The notes: generated by a model from the sequence alone, not told the origin. 64,000 nt of DNA from a bacterium (GCA_020625875.1 JAHLAX010000005.1:20903-84902); one strand, 5' to 3'. Shown: positions 1-9,803, counted from the first letter of the stretch. Numbers and translations are program-made.

Positions 1-23
1 GTTCAACAAGTTGAACTACATAA

Positions 24-80
24 CCCCTCTGAATTGGCTTGTTGCACTCGCAACAATTCAGGTCCCCTTAAAAGGGGACA
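24..80. repeat. Palindromic intergenic repeat arm (REP/MITE-like), possibly cut by the window edge
   Basis: ctgaattg...caattcag stem followed by the gtcccctt-aa-aaggggac hairpin; architecture similar to the right arm of the element at 3470-3617. Confidence 0.45.
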
Positions 81-158
81 CAACAAAGAAAGCCTAATTC
101 TCACTTACCACTTACGAATTACTCATCCATACTCTATTCCCCTAATTGTTTTTATGGC

Positions 159-195
159 GCGTCCGACATTTTTTAGTGTCGGGCGTTGCTTTTTT
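159..195 (+). terminator. Putative intrinsic terminator
   Basis: gcgtccgaca / tgtcgggcgt stem (with G-U pairs) followed by a T-run. Confidence 0.45.
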
Positions 196-290
196 AAAAA
201 AATTATTATATAATCTTTTCAGAAAATACGTCACAAAAAACCTCCGTGGAAGGTTATAATTATAGAGATGATTGAGAGGAGAGATTTATT

Positions 291-1247
291 GTGAAAAACA
301 CAACTAAAGGCATCTCAATAATGCTTGCGATTTTGATGATATTATCGTCGTTCGCGTTGTTCTCAGCTTCGGCTGATACGCAGACAGGGGGCGGGGACAA
401 CCCCGAAAATACCGACCCTGTGTCGTCTGACATCAACAGCACCGACCCTGTGAACAGCGACTTAAACAACCCTGATTCAAGCGAAAGTCAACCGACCGAC
501 CCGAGCTCATCCGAACAGACGTCAAGCGAAAGTCAACCGACCGACCCAAGTTCGTCCGAACAGACCTCAAGCGAGAGTCAGGCAACCGACCCAAGTTCGT
601 CCGAACAGACCTCAAGCGAAAGTCAACCGACCGCCCCAAGCTCATCCGAACAGACGTCAAGCGAGAGCGTTCCGCCGTCCTCGTCCGAAACCGCTCCCAC
701 CAAGCCCACAACCCCGACCAAGCCCGTAACCTATAAGCTCAGCAAGGCTAAAGTCGCTTCAATCCCTGACAAGGCATATACTGGCAAGGCAATTACCCCG
801 AGCGTCAAGGTGACTTACGGCAAAAAAACTCTCGCGAAGGGTAAGGACTACACCCTGACTTATAAGAATAATAAGAAAATCGGCACGGCTACAGTCGAAA
901 TAAAAGGCAAGGGCAGTTATACGGGCACAATCAAAAAGACTTTTAAAATAGTCAAAGCCGCGAATCCGATGACTGTCAAAGTCACGACCAAAACCGTCAG
1001 CTACAAAAAGGCGCTCAAAGCCCGCCAAAAGGTTTCCGCGATAACGGTTACAAAGGCACAGGGCAAAGTCTCGTTCAAAAAAACTAAAGGCTCGCCGAAC
1101 TTAACCATCAGCTCAAAGGGCGTTGTGTCAGTAAAACAGGGCACCCAAAAGGGCACACGGCATATGCTCGTAAAAATTTCCGCGGCGGGCAACGCTAACT
1201 ATAAGCCCGTAACCAAGGTTGTAGCGATTACGATTATAATCAAATAA
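291..1247 (+). CDS. Secreted Ser/Thr/Pro/Glu-rich surface protein with Lys-rich C-terminal Ig-like modules
   Basis: GTG start after gaggagag RBS; signal peptide ending ...ASA; low-complexity repeats; C-terminal YTGK..KGKDYT..YKNNK..GTAT..IKGKGSYTG..KKTFKI-KAANPMTVK module shared with 1544..3337. Confidence 0.8.
   Translation: MKNTTKGISIMLAILMILSSFALFSASADTQTGGGDNPENTDPVSSDINSTDPVNSDLNNPDSSESQPTDPSSSEQTSSESQPTDPSSSEQTSSESQATDPSSSEQTSSESQPTAPSSSEQTSSESVPPSSSETAPTKPTTPTKPVTYKLSKAKVASIPDKAYTGKAITPSVKVTYGKKTLAKGKDYTLTYKNNKKIGTATVEIKGKGSYTGTIKKTFKIVKAANPMTVKVTTKTVSYKKALKARQKVSAITVTKAQGKVSFKKTKGSPNLTISSKGVVSVKQGTQKGTRHMLVKISAAGNANYKPVTKVVAITIIIK
477..668 (+). repeat. 45-bp coding tandem repeat (SSESQPTDPSSSEQT x4 plus a partial copy)
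   Basis: tcaagcga recurs at 477, 522, 567, 612 and 657. Confidence 0.95.
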
Positions 1248-1259
1248 GCGTTTATGAAC

Positions 1260-1284
1260 GTAGGGGAGACCGTCTCGGTCTCCC
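1260..1284 (+). repeat. GTAG-type REP-like hairpin (also terminator-like)
   Basis: gtag-gggagacc-gtctc-ggtctccc right after the stop codon. Confidence 0.6.
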
Positions 1285-1543
1285 TGCTTTTATGCAATAT
1301 ACATAAATATCAAGTCGAGATTTTGTGAAAAATACTTGTCGAAAAAACAGCAAAAGTGTGGTATAATTCACATATATGTGAAAGGTTAACTTGACAAAAA
1401 GCGGGACAGACAGGATAATCCTGCCCTTTTCCGCTCAATATTTTATATAATCAACAGGAGTAGTGTATAGCTACGTCTGTTTTTTATCTTTATAAACAGC
1501 CTTTCTTTAGAAAAGGGAGGGCAAAGAAAGGAGAAATTAATTA

Positions 1544-3337
1544 ATGAAAAAAGCAAGAAAACTTACAAGTATAGCATTAGCTCTGCTGATGCTGATCAGC
1601 GTATTCGCTGTCGCTCCGATGACCGCGAGCGCTATGAAAAACGGTGACTATTACTACAGCGTACTTGATGGTGGCACAGCCGAAATCACAGGCTATATAG
1701 GCTCAGCTACAGAGCTTACGTTTCCAAGCGAGCTGGGCGGCTACACTGTTACAAGTATAGGTGAATGTGCTTTCGAAAATAGTTCAAGTATTACAAGCGT
1801 AACTATCCCTGATGGAGTTGTAAGTATAGGCGATAGTGCTTTTCAAAATTGTGAAAGTCTTTCAATCGTAACTATCCCCGACAGCGTTACAAATATAGAC
1901 GGAAGTGCTTTTTCCGGATGTACAAGTTTAACAAGCGTAACTATCCCTGATAGCGTTAAAAAAATAGGAAGCCAAGCGTTTTCCAGGTGTACAAGTCTTA
2001 TAAGTGTGAATATACCTGACGGAGTTTTGTATGTAGGGTTTGACGCGTTTAATAAAACCGCGTATTATAATAACGAAACTAATTGGGAAAATGGTGTGTT
2101 ATATATTGGTCATCATTTAATAAAAGCAAAAGAATCAGTAACAGATAACTGCACAATAAAGGAAGGAACCTTAACTATAGCCGGTAGAGCTTTTGAAGGT
2201 TGTACAAATCTTACAAGCGTGACAATTCCCGATAGCGTTACAAGCATAAAAGAGGTTTTTTATGAATGTAGAAGTCTTACAAGCGTGACAATCCCCGATA
2301 GCGTTACAAGTATAGAAGGGGCTTTTTACGGATGTACAAGTCTTACAAGCGTAACTATCCCTGACAACGTTACAAGTATAGGCAAGGAGACCTTTTCTGG
2401 ATGTACAAGTCTTACAAGTGTAACTATACCCGACTGCGTTACAAATATAGAATACAGTGCTTTTTATGAATGTTCAAGTCTTACAAGTGTAACTATCCCT
2501 GACAGCGTTAAACGGATAGACCCTTATGCTTTTTGCGGATGTACAAATCTTACAAGTGTAACTATCCCTGACAGCGTTACATGGATAGGCACTTATGCTT
2601 TTTGCGGATGTACAAGTCTTACAAGTGTGACTATTTCTGAAAGTGTTTCGGGTATAGATTTATATGCGTTAGGATACATAAGTGAATGGGATGAAGAAAC
2701 ATATGAATATAATTACAAGTTAATTGATGGATTTAAAATCTACGGTTATACAGATTCAGAGGCTGAAAGATACGCCAAAAACAATAAGATTCCTTTTATC
2801 TCTATAGGTGCTGTTATTAAGTCCATAAGCGACTGCGCGGTAACGGGCATAAAAGCTAAGACATACAACGGCAAGGATCAGACACAGTCCGTAACCGTAA
2901 AGGACGGCGACAAGAAGCTCACAAAGGGTACCGATTACACCGTATCCTACAAGAACAACAAGAACGCGGGCACAGCCACAATGACAATCAAAGGTAAGGG
3001 CTCTTACACAGGTTCTGTTAAAAAGACTTTCAAGATCAACAAAGCCGCTAACCCGATGACTGTTAAGGCTACAGCTAAGACCGTTAAATATAGTACAGTT
3101 AAAAAGAAGAATGTAGCTGTCACGGCGGTTACGGTCAAGAACGCTCAGGGTACAAAGTCGTTCAAAAAGACCTCAGGCAATAAAAATATTACCATTAACG
3201 CGAAGACAGGCAAGCTGACTGTTAAGAAAGGCACTAAAAAATCCACATATACAATTAAAGTACAAGTCACCGCCAAGGGTAACTCCAACTATAAGAGTGC
3301 TAGCAAGACCGTGACGGTGAAGGTTAAGGTTAAATAA
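1544..3337 (+). CDS. BspA-like leucine-rich repeat (TpLRR/LRR_5) surface protein with Lys-rich C-terminal modules
   Basis: Signal peptide; many AFxGCTSLTSVTIPDSVTxIG repeats; gaaaggag RBS; C-terminus homologous to 291..1247. Confidence 0.92.
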   Translation: MKKARKLTSIALALLMLISVFAVAPMTASAMKNGDYYYSVLDGGTAEITGYIGSATELTFPSELGGYTVTSIGECAFENSSSITSVTIPDGVVSIGDSAFQNCESLSIVTIPDSVTNIDGSAFSGCTSLTSVTIPDSVKKIGSQAFSRCTSLISVNIPDGVLYVGFDAFNKTAYYNNETNWENGVLYIGHHLIKAKESVTDNCTIKEGTLTIAGRAFEGCTNLTSVTIPDSVTSIKEVFYECRSLTSVTIPDSVTSIEGAFYGCTSLTSVTIPDNVTSIGKETFSGCTSLTSVTIPDCVTNIEYSAFYECSSLTSVTIPDSVKRIDPYAFCGCTNLTSVTIPDSVTWIGTYAFCGCTSLTSVTISESVSGIDLYALGYISEWDEETYEYNYKLIDGFKIYGYTDSEAERYAKNNKIPFISIGAVIKSISDCAVTGIKAKTYNGKDQTQSVTVKDGDKKLTKGTDYTVSYKNNKNAGTATMTIKGKGSYTGSVKKTFKINKAANPMTVKATAKTVKYSTVKKKNVAVTAVTVKNAQGTKSFKKTSGNKNITINAKTGKLTVKKGTKKSTYTIKVQVTAKGNSNYKSASKTVTVKVKVK

Positions 3338-3352
3338 GCATTTTTATTGAAT

Positions 3353-3378
3353 GTAGGGGAGCTGCTCCTGCCGCTCCC
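3353..3378 (+). repeat. GTAG-type REP-like hairpin
   Basis: gtag-gggagc-tgctcctgcc-gctccc. Confidence 0.55.
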
Positions 3379-3394
3379 GAAAGCTTTTAGTGAG

Positions 3395-3419
3395 GGGCGA
3401 CCGAGAGGTCGCCCTTTTT
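3395..3419 (+). terminator. Intrinsic terminator
   Basis: gggcgacc-gaga-ggtcgccc followed by ttttt. Confidence 0.8.
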
Positions 3420-3469
3420 GGTATAGTTAAGGGGATAGTATTATCAGATTAATGTTTGATAGAAGTACC

Positions 3470-3617
3470 AAGGCTTCCCTTGGGAAAAGCTGTCACGGAG
3501 CTTGCGGAGTGACTGATGAGGGACAGTTACATAAGTCGTTCGTATATGAAAGTTATCATATAAAAAGCCCTCATCCGACTTCGCTTCGCTCAGCCACCTT
3601 CCCCCGAGGGAAGGTTT
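3470..3617. repeat. Bipartite palindromic intergenic element (REP/MITE-like) between convergent genes
   Basis: Left arm gcttcccttgggaaaagc...gatgaggg; right arm ccctcatc...ccttcccccgagggaagg; gatgaggg and ccctcatc are inverted repeats around an AT-rich spacer. Confidence 0.65.
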
Positions 3618-3686
3618 GCCTAAAACTCAATTATTCGACAAACAACAGGGAGCTCGTTTTGAACGAACTCCTTGTTTTGCGCTTTT

Positions 3687-4229
3687 CTATTCTTCCATCT
3701 GCTTGCCGAGGAACGCGGCGGCGCTCTGAGCGAGTTTTATTTCAGAATCACCAGGAAATTTCCCCTGCTCGTTCTTAAGCATGACAACCGCTCCCGTCAC
3801 ATCGCCCGCGGCGATAATAGGGTAGACCACCGCGGCGGGGCGCTCAATTCCCTCGACAGGGTAGAGCGTGCCCGCGTCGTCCGCGCTCGACTTAAAGCTT
3901 TTTCTGTTTTCCATATAATTCTCGAGCACCGAGGTAATTCTGCGCTCCAAGAACTCTCGTTTTGAAACGCCCGCCGCGGCTATAACGTGGTCGCGGTCGG
4001 TTATGATTGTCGGCAGGCTGCTGATTCTCGACAGCACGTCCGCGTATTGCCCGGCGAACACCGACATCTCGCCCACGGGCGAGTACTTCTTAAAAATAAC
4101 TTCCCCGTCCGTAGCGGTATAAATCTCCAGCGGGTCGCCCTCGCGGATTCGTAGAGTTCTGCGGATTTCCTTGGGGATAACCACTCTCCCGAGGTCGTCG
4201 ATCCGCCTTACAATTCCTGTTGCCTTCAT
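3687..4229 (-). CDS. spoVT: Stage V sporulation protein T (AbrB-like N-terminal domain + GAF-like C-terminal domain)
   Basis: MKATGIVRRIDDLGRVVIPKEIRRTLRIREGDPLEIY...AAAFLGKQMEE, 180 aa. Confidence 0.97.
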   Translation of the reverse strand: MKATGIVRRIDDLGRVVIPKEIRRTLRIREGDPLEIYTATDGEVIFKKYSPVGEMSVFAGQYADVLSRISSLPTIITDRDHVIAAAGVSKREFLERRITSVLENYMENRKSFKSSADDAGTLYPVEGIERPAAVVYPIIAAGDVTGAVVMLKNEQGKFPGDSEIKLAQSAAAFLGKQMEE

Positions 4230-4329
4230 ATCTAAAATCTCCCTTATCTCTCAAATTAATTATAATCACTGCCCATTTATCTTTTGCAATTTTAGGCAGA
4301 AAATACAATTTCCAGAATGGAAGATTTTG
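4132..4329. repeat. Direct repeat copy 1 (spoVT codons 1-33 plus about 100 bp upstream)
   Basis: Aligns with 40318-40514. Confidence 0.95.
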
Positions 4330-4410
4330 AATAATATTATTTTGGTATGCTATTGGCATAAAAATCATAATCCGGCGTTTTATTCAAATTATTCCACAAG
4401 CGAATTTTTG

Positions 4411-4439
4411 TTGACATTATCCACCTTTTGTAGTAGAAT
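4411..4439 (+). promoter_or_regulatory. Sigma-A promoter of polysaccharide cassette 1
   Basis: TTGACA-17 nt-TAGAAT. Confidence 0.8.
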
Positions 4440-4510
4440 ATATTAGATTATTATGAGTAATAATGTGTAATTGTGTCTTATTTCACAATTTGTATAAAAC
4501 GGAGAAGAAA

Positions 4511-5269
4511 ATGGAACTCGGAATTAAAGGTAAAAATGTCCTCATAGTAGGCGCCAGCAAGGGCATCGGAAGGGCGATTGCAATTGGCTTCGCGCAGGAA
4601 AACGCGAACATTGTTGCTGTTGCCCGCACAGAGGATTTGATGAAAGAAGTCAAGGATGAAGCGCTGACAAAAGGCGCTGAGTCATTTGAATATGTAATTG
4701 AGGATATTATGGCTTGCGACACAAAAGTGTTCGCTAGGAGTCTGATTGACCGCTTCGGCGCGTTTGACATTGTTGTTCACAACGTCGGCGGTTCTCTTAT
4801 CAGTCGTGACCCGCTCGGTGACGGCGAGGCTTGGAACTACGCGTTGAAGTTCAACGCTGTCGCTTCTATTGATATGAATAGTGTGCTTGTTCCTCCAATG
4901 ATAGAAAAGGGATGGGGCAGAGTTGTCCAGATTTCCTCGATTTCAGGCAAAATGCTCCGAGGCAATCCGCTCTACGCTTCCGCAAAGGCTTTTTTGAACG
5001 CTTATGTTGAATCAGTTGGTCGTGCTCTCGCTCCTAAGGGAGTTGTGCTCAGCGCTGTTGAACCGGGCGCGGTATCATTTGAAGGCAGTTATTGGGACAA
5101 GTTCATTAAAGAAGGACATCCGAGAGTTAACGACTTTTTGAGGCATCATCAGGCTATAGACCGTTTCGGTTCACCCGAGGAGATTGCCGATGTAGTGCTG
5201 TTTATGGCAAGCGAGCGAGCCTCGTTTATGCCCGGTGCTGTGGTTCCCGTAGACGGAGCAAATATGTAA
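4511..5269 (+). CDS. Short-chain dehydrogenase/reductase (SDR)
   Basis: VGASKGIG nucleotide-binding motif, YASAK catalytic motif; ATG 4511 follows ggagaag. Confidence 0.9.
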   Translation: MELGIKGKNVLIVGASKGIGRAIAIGFAQENANIVAVARTEDLMKEVKDEALTKGAESFEYVIEDIMACDTKVFARSLIDRFGAFDIVVHNVGGSLISRDPLGDGEAWNYALKFNAVASIDMNSVLVPPMIEKGWGRVVQISSISGKMLRGNPLYASAKAFLNAYVESVGRALAPKGVVLSAVEPGAVSFEGSYWDKFIKEGHPRVNDFLRHHQAIDRFGSPEEIADVVLFMASERASFMPGAVVPVDGANM

Positions 5270-5289
5270 AACGATTTAGGGGTAATCTT

Positions 5290-5958
5290 GTGAAAAGGCT
5301 ATTTGATATAGTTGTGAGCGGAATCGGCTTGATTCTGCTTTCGTGGCTGTTTTTAATACTCGCGATTTGCATTGTGATTGACAGTCGCGGCGGAGTTTTC
5401 TTCAGAGGTCCGCGCGTCGGTCAGCACGGTAAGACCTTCAGGATTTTTAAATTTCGTTCAATGAAGCCCGATTCCGAGGGTAATGGTAAGTGGAATGTCG
5501 GCGATGACGACGACCGCATCACAAGGATGGGTCACTTTCTGAGAAAAAGTAAACTTGATGAAATCCCTCAGTTAATTAACGTCTTTTTAGGAGATATGAG
5601 CTTTGTGGGACCGCGTCCCGAGCTTCAGGTGTATGTTGATATGTATACCGAGGAGGAAAAGCCGATCCTCGATTTGAAGCCGGGTATTACCGACTACGCG
5701 AGTATGGCTAACTTCGACCAGTTCGAGACCTTCACTAAGGCTAAGGACGCGGACGAAGCATACTTAAAGTACATAAGACCGCTGAAATTAAAGCTGCAGC
5801 TTTACTACAGATATCATCACAGCTTTTTCGGCGATATTAGACTTATATTCTGGACTGTTTATAAAGTCCTTACAAGAACACAAAAGGTACCCAAGGAAAT
5901 TGTTCCAATAGTCGAGGAACATAAGAAATATGTAGAGCAATTAGACTCACAAAAATAG
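5290..5958 (+). CDS. Priming undecaprenyl-phosphate phosphoglycosyltransferase (Bac_transf family)
   Basis: KRLFDI, FKFRSM, LDEIPQLINV..GDMSFVGPRP, KPGIT motifs. Confidence 0.95.
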   Translation: MKRLFDIVVSGIGLILLSWLFLILAICIVIDSRGGVFFRGPRVGQHGKTFRIFKFRSMKPDSEGNGKWNVGDDDDRITRMGHFLRKSKLDEIPQLINVFLGDMSFVGPRPELQVYVDMYTEEEKPILDLKPGITDYASMANFDQFETFTKAKDADEAYLKYIRPLKLKLQLYYRYHHSFFGDIRLIFWTVYKVLTRTQKVPKEIVPIVEEHKKYVEQLDSQK

Positions 5959-5970
5959 GGGATAGATTTA

Positions 5971-6903
5971 ATGACAAGCAAGCAGTTAGCTTGGAAAATC
6001 AGGCGACACGGAATTGAAATGACTCACCTTTCGGGGGGCAGTCACATAGGAGCGATTTTGTCCGTTGCGGATATTATCGCGGTTCTGTATGCCGATATAC
6101 TTAAATTTGATAACAAGAATCCCAAGTGGCAGGACAGAGACAGGATAATCCTCTCAAAAGGTCACGCGGGAGCTTCCATATACGCGGCGATTGCCGAGAA
6201 TGGTTTCTTTGATGTAGAGGAACTCAAAACTCACTACGCCAACGGTAGTCGTCTTTCCGGTCACGTTTCTCACCATTTGCCCGGAATCGACTTTTCCACA
6301 GGCTCGCTCGGTCACGGACTTTCCGCGGGAGCGGGTATGGCTTTCGCTATGAAGCAGAACGGAAACACCGACAGCAGAGTGTTTGTTGTGCTTGGTGACG
6401 GCGAGTGTAACGAGGGTTCTGTATGGGAGGCGGCTCAGTTTGCCAATCATTTCAGACTTAATAACCTTGTAGCAATTGTTGACCACAACAAAATGCAAAG
6501 TATGGATTATTGCGACAAAACTCTCGAAGTCAGCCCGATGGCAAAGCGTTGGGAAGCCTTTGGGTGGAACGTAATTGAAATTGACGGTCACAATCACGAC
6601 GCGCTCAAAGATGCGTTGACGCAGACGAGCGAGGACAAGCCTACGGTTGTCATCGCAAACACAGTTAAGGGCAAGGGCGTAAGCTTTATGGAGATGGATA
6701 TTCTCTGGCATTATCGCTTCCCTCACGATGGCTGGGAGTATAACTGCGCGGTTAATGAGCTTCACAAGAAGATGCCCGAGGGCGTTGAGGATATTTACAC
6801 CCCCGACGGATGTCCCGAGACGACCGCTGAACCCGAGGACGGCGATCACACTATGTGCTTGACATTCAAGCCTGATTACAGAATGGGAGGGCTTGAAAAG
6901 TGA
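5971..6903 (+). CDS. Transketolase-like enzyme, N-terminal (TPP-binding) subunit
   Basis: DRIILSKGH, STGSLGHGL, GDGECNEG, TVKGKG motifs. Confidence 0.92.
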   Translation: MTSKQLAWKIRRHGIEMTHLSGGSHIGAILSVADIIAVLYADILKFDNKNPKWQDRDRIILSKGHAGASIYAAIAENGFFDVEELKTHYANGSRLSGHVSHHLPGIDFSTGSLGHGLSAGAGMAFAMKQNGNTDSRVFVVLGDGECNEGSVWEAAQFANHFRLNNLVAIVDHNKMQSMDYCDKTLEVSPMAKRWEAFGWNVIEIDGHNHDALKDALTQTSEDKPTVVIANTVKGKGVSFMEMDILWHYRFPHDGWEYNCAVNELHKKMPEGVEDIYTPDGCPETTAEPEDGDHTMCLTFKPDYRMGGLEK

Positions 6904-7829
6904 GAGACAGCGCGATAAGGACCCTTATTGAATTGGGTAAAAATGATAAAGATATTACTCTGGTAACGGGAGACCTCGGTTTCGGCGTATTAAAGCCTTA
7001 TTGGGAGGCGCTTCCTAACCAATTTATTAACGCTGGAATCGCAGAGCAGAATATGACTGCAGCGGCAGCGGGAATGGCGTTAGAGGGTAAGAAAGTGTTT
7101 ACCTATTCCATAGGCAACTTCCCGACGCTCAGATGTCTTGAGCAGATCCGCAACGACTGCGCCTATCACAACGCTAACGTCAATGTCATTTGCGTAGGCG
7201 GCGGATTTGTCTACGGTTCGCTCGGCATGAGCCACCACGCTACCGAGGATATCGCGATTCTCAGAGCTTTGCCCGATGTTACCGTTTTCTGCCCCGGTGA
7301 CGTTACCGAGGCGGAGGAGTGTATCAAAGCGGCGGCTCAGATTGACGGTACCTGTTATATTCGTCTCGGCAGGGGCGGCGAAGGCAGAGTGCTCGACAGT
7401 GTTGATTTTGAAGTCGGTAAGGCTGTTAAAATCAGAGAAGCAAGGGATTTTGATAAAAAAGTCGCCTTATTCTCTACAGGAGCTATTTTAAGAGAAGCTC
7501 AGACTGCCTGCGACAAGCTTGAAGCGGCAGAAATCGGCGTGGAGCAGTATAGCTTCCCGACAGTTAAGCCTATAGATGAAGAAGTTATTAAATCCTGTGC
7601 TGATAAATTTGATTACATATTTACGGTTGAGGAACACAATATAGTCGGCGGATTCGGTTCCGCTGTAGCCGAGGTTATGGCGGAGTACGGCGGCAAGGCT
7701 AAGCTCGTTCGCCTTGGTATAAATGACGTTTACTGCACAAAGGTAGGAAATCAAGCTTACCTCAGAGAGCAGTACGGAATCAGCGCAGCAAAGATAGCCG
7801 AGAGGATTCAGGGTGTTTTAAGTGAGTAA
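6900..7829 (+). CDS. Transketolase-like enzyme, C-terminal (pyrimidine-binding) subunit
   Basis: GIAEQNM, SHHATED, VEEH..GGFGSAVAE motifs; GTGA overlap with the upstream gene. Confidence 0.92.
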   Translation: MRDSAIRTLIELGKNDKDITLVTGDLGFGVLKPYWEALPNQFINAGIAEQNMTAAAAGMALEGKKVFTYSIGNFPTLRCLEQIRNDCAYHNANVNVICVGGGFVYGSLGMSHHATEDIAILRALPDVTVFCPGDVTEAEECIKAAAQIDGTCYIRLGRGGEGRVLDSVDFEVGKAVKIREARDFDKKVALFSTGAILREAQTACDKLEAAEIGVEQYSFPTVKPIDEEVIKSCADKFDYIFTVEEHNIVGGFGSAVAEVMAEYGGKAKLVRLGINDVYCTKVGNQAYLREQYGISAAKIAERIQGVLSE

Positions 7830-8976
7830 GAAAATCTGTTATGTGGTTACTGTATCTCTCGCGGCTAAGAATTTTCTTCAATGGTCCTTTGAGGATATGC
7901 ACAAGGCGGGCTATGACGTCTCCCTGATTTGCGATATGGACGAGGAATATATGGCAACACTTCCTGAGTTCGTCCACGCTTTTCCGATGAAGATGGAGAG
8001 AGGCGTTGACCCGAGAGGACTTGTTTCCTCAATCCGTCAGATGAAGAAGATTTTTAAGAGAGAGAAGTTTGACATAGTTCAATACTCCACTCCGAACGCC
8101 TCGCTCTACGCTTCGATTGCCTCAAAAAAGGCGAAAATACCTGTAAGACTTTACTGCCAATGGGGTATGATTTATCTCGGATACGAGGGATTTAAGCGCA
8201 AGATATTCAAAACTACAGAGAAAATCACATGTAAGTGTTCGACCGATATTCAGCCCGATTCCAAGGGCAACCTCGATTTTTGCCGTGAGCAGGGCTTTTA
8301 CGACGAAAAAAAGAGCCGTATAGTTTGGAACGGCTGCGCAAACGGTCTGAACACCGAGAAGTTTGATATAAATAAAAAGCCTGAATACAGAAAAGAAATC
8401 CGGGACAAGTACGGCTTTAATGAAAACACTGTTGTGCTCGGATTTTTAGGCAGAATCGGTAGGGACAAGGGCTTCGACGAGCTTATGCTCTGCTTTCAGG
8501 AACTTAAGAAGAAGTACGACAACGTTAAGCTTCTGTATGTGGGTTACAACGAAAAGCCCGACACTGTTGACCAGGAGCTTCTCAAATATTTTGAGGAATG
8601 TGAGGATATTATCTCCACCAACGGCTGGGTTGACGACCCGCAAAGATACTTGGCGGCGATGGATATTTTCCTTTTCCCAAGCTATCGCGAGGGCTTCGGC
8701 AACGTTGTAATCGAAGCCGAGGCTATGGGCGTTCCCGTTATCGTGTCCGATATCCCGGGACCTCAGAACGGTATGGTGGATAATGTTACAGGCTTCAAGG
8801 TGCCTCCGAGAGATTGGAAACCTCTCTTTGAGAAAACCTGCGAATTGATTGAAAATAAGGAAAAGCGCGAAGCTTTCGGACAGGCGGGAGCTAAATTCTC
8901 TCCCGAACACTTCGACAGCAAGGTGCTTATTAAAAAAATTATCGAAAACAGAGATTGGCTTATTAGCCGAGGATAA
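7822..8976 (+). CDS. Glycosyltransferase family 4
   Basis: FLGRIGRDKG, FPSYREGFGNVVIEAEAMGVPVI. Confidence 0.93.
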   Translation: MSKKICYVVTVSLAAKNFLQWSFEDMHKAGYDVSLICDMDEEYMATLPEFVHAFPMKMERGVDPRGLVSSIRQMKKIFKREKFDIVQYSTPNASLYASIASKKAKIPVRLYCQWGMIYLGYEGFKRKIFKTTEKITCKCSTDIQPDSKGNLDFCREQGFYDEKKSRIVWNGCANGLNTEKFDINKKPEYRKEIRDKYGFNENTVVLGFLGRIGRDKGFDELMLCFQELKKKYDNVKLLYVGYNEKPDTVDQELLKYFEECEDIISTNGWVDDPQRYLAAMDIFLFPSYREGFGNVVIEAEAMGVPVIVSDIPGPQNGMVDNVTGFKVPPRDWKPLFEKTCELIENKEKREAFGQAGAKFSPEHFDSKVLIKKIIENRDWLISRG

Positions 8977-8978
8977 AT

Positions 8979-9785
8979 ATGGATAAAAAACCTTTGGTTT
9001 CGGTTTTGATGGGGATTTATAACTGCGCGGACACGCTTGAAGAAGCGGTCGATTGCATAATAAATCAGACCTATGAAAACTGGGAACTAATAATGTGCGA
9101 TGACTGCTCAAGCGACAATACGCTTGAGGTTGCTCAAAAAATCTCCGAAAAGGATAATAGAATAAAGGTTATTAAGAATGAGAAGAATTTGACTTTGGCT
9201 CCAACCTTGAATCATTGTTTTGAAGAAGCTAAAGGCGAATACCTCGCCCGCATGGACGGCGACGATGTTTGCGACAAGGACAGATTTGAAAAGGAAGTCA
9301 AAGTTCTGAACGAGCATCCCGAATACGCAGTAGTCAGTTCGGGAATGAGATTTTATGATGAAAATGGAGTGTACGGCGAGATCATCAATCCCGAAGAACC
9401 AAAGGGAGAAGATTTTGTCAGCCGCAGTCCGATTTGCCACGCCCCATGTATGATGAGAGCGGAAGCGTTAAGAAAAGTAGGCGGTTACAGCAACAGTCCT
9501 GAAGTCGAAAGAATTGAGGACTACGACCTTTGGGTGAGAATGTATGCCGAAGGCTACAAAGCTTATAATATACAGGAACCTCTCTACAGTATGAGAGAGG
9601 GTAGAGACGCTATAAAGCGTAAGAAATTCAAATTCAGAGTTACAGAGTACAAACTCAGAAAGAGAGTTTGTAAGCAGTTTGGACTTGGCTTTAAATCAAA
9701 GCTTACAGCTTTCAAGCCGATAGTAATCGGACTAATGCCGCAGTTTGTATATAGCGCGGTACATAAGAATAAGTATAAGAATTAA
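8979..9785 (+). CDS. Glycosyltransferase family 2
   Basis: VSVLMGIYN, DDCSSD, RMDGDD, EDYDLW. Confidence 0.93.
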   Translation: MDKKPLVSVLMGIYNCADTLEEAVDCIINQTYENWELIMCDDCSSDNTLEVAQKISEKDNRIKVIKNEKNLTLAPTLNHCFEEAKGEYLARMDGDDVCDKDRFEKEVKVLNEHPEYAVVSSGMRFYDENGVYGEIINPEEPKGEDFVSRSPICHAPCMMRAEALRKVGGYSNSPEVERIEDYDLWVRMYAEGYKAYNIQEPLYSMREGRDAIKRKKFKFRVTEYKLRKRVCKQFGLGFKSKLTAFKPIVIGLMPQFVYSAVHKNKYKN

Positions 9786-9803
9786 ACGAAAGGAGGAATA
9801 CTA

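Noticed and set aside
477-668. Regular repeats as a possible CRISPR array
   Set aside because: Contiguous in-frame 45-bp coding repeats with no unique spacers and no cas genes.
1380-1543. Structured leader upstream of the BspA gene as a riboswitch
   Set aside because: Several small stems are present but I recognise no riboswitch consensus.
3452-3965. Plus-strand ORFs of 108 and 97 aa
   Set aside because: They overlap the palindromic element and the antisense strand of spoVT and have no RBS or domain.
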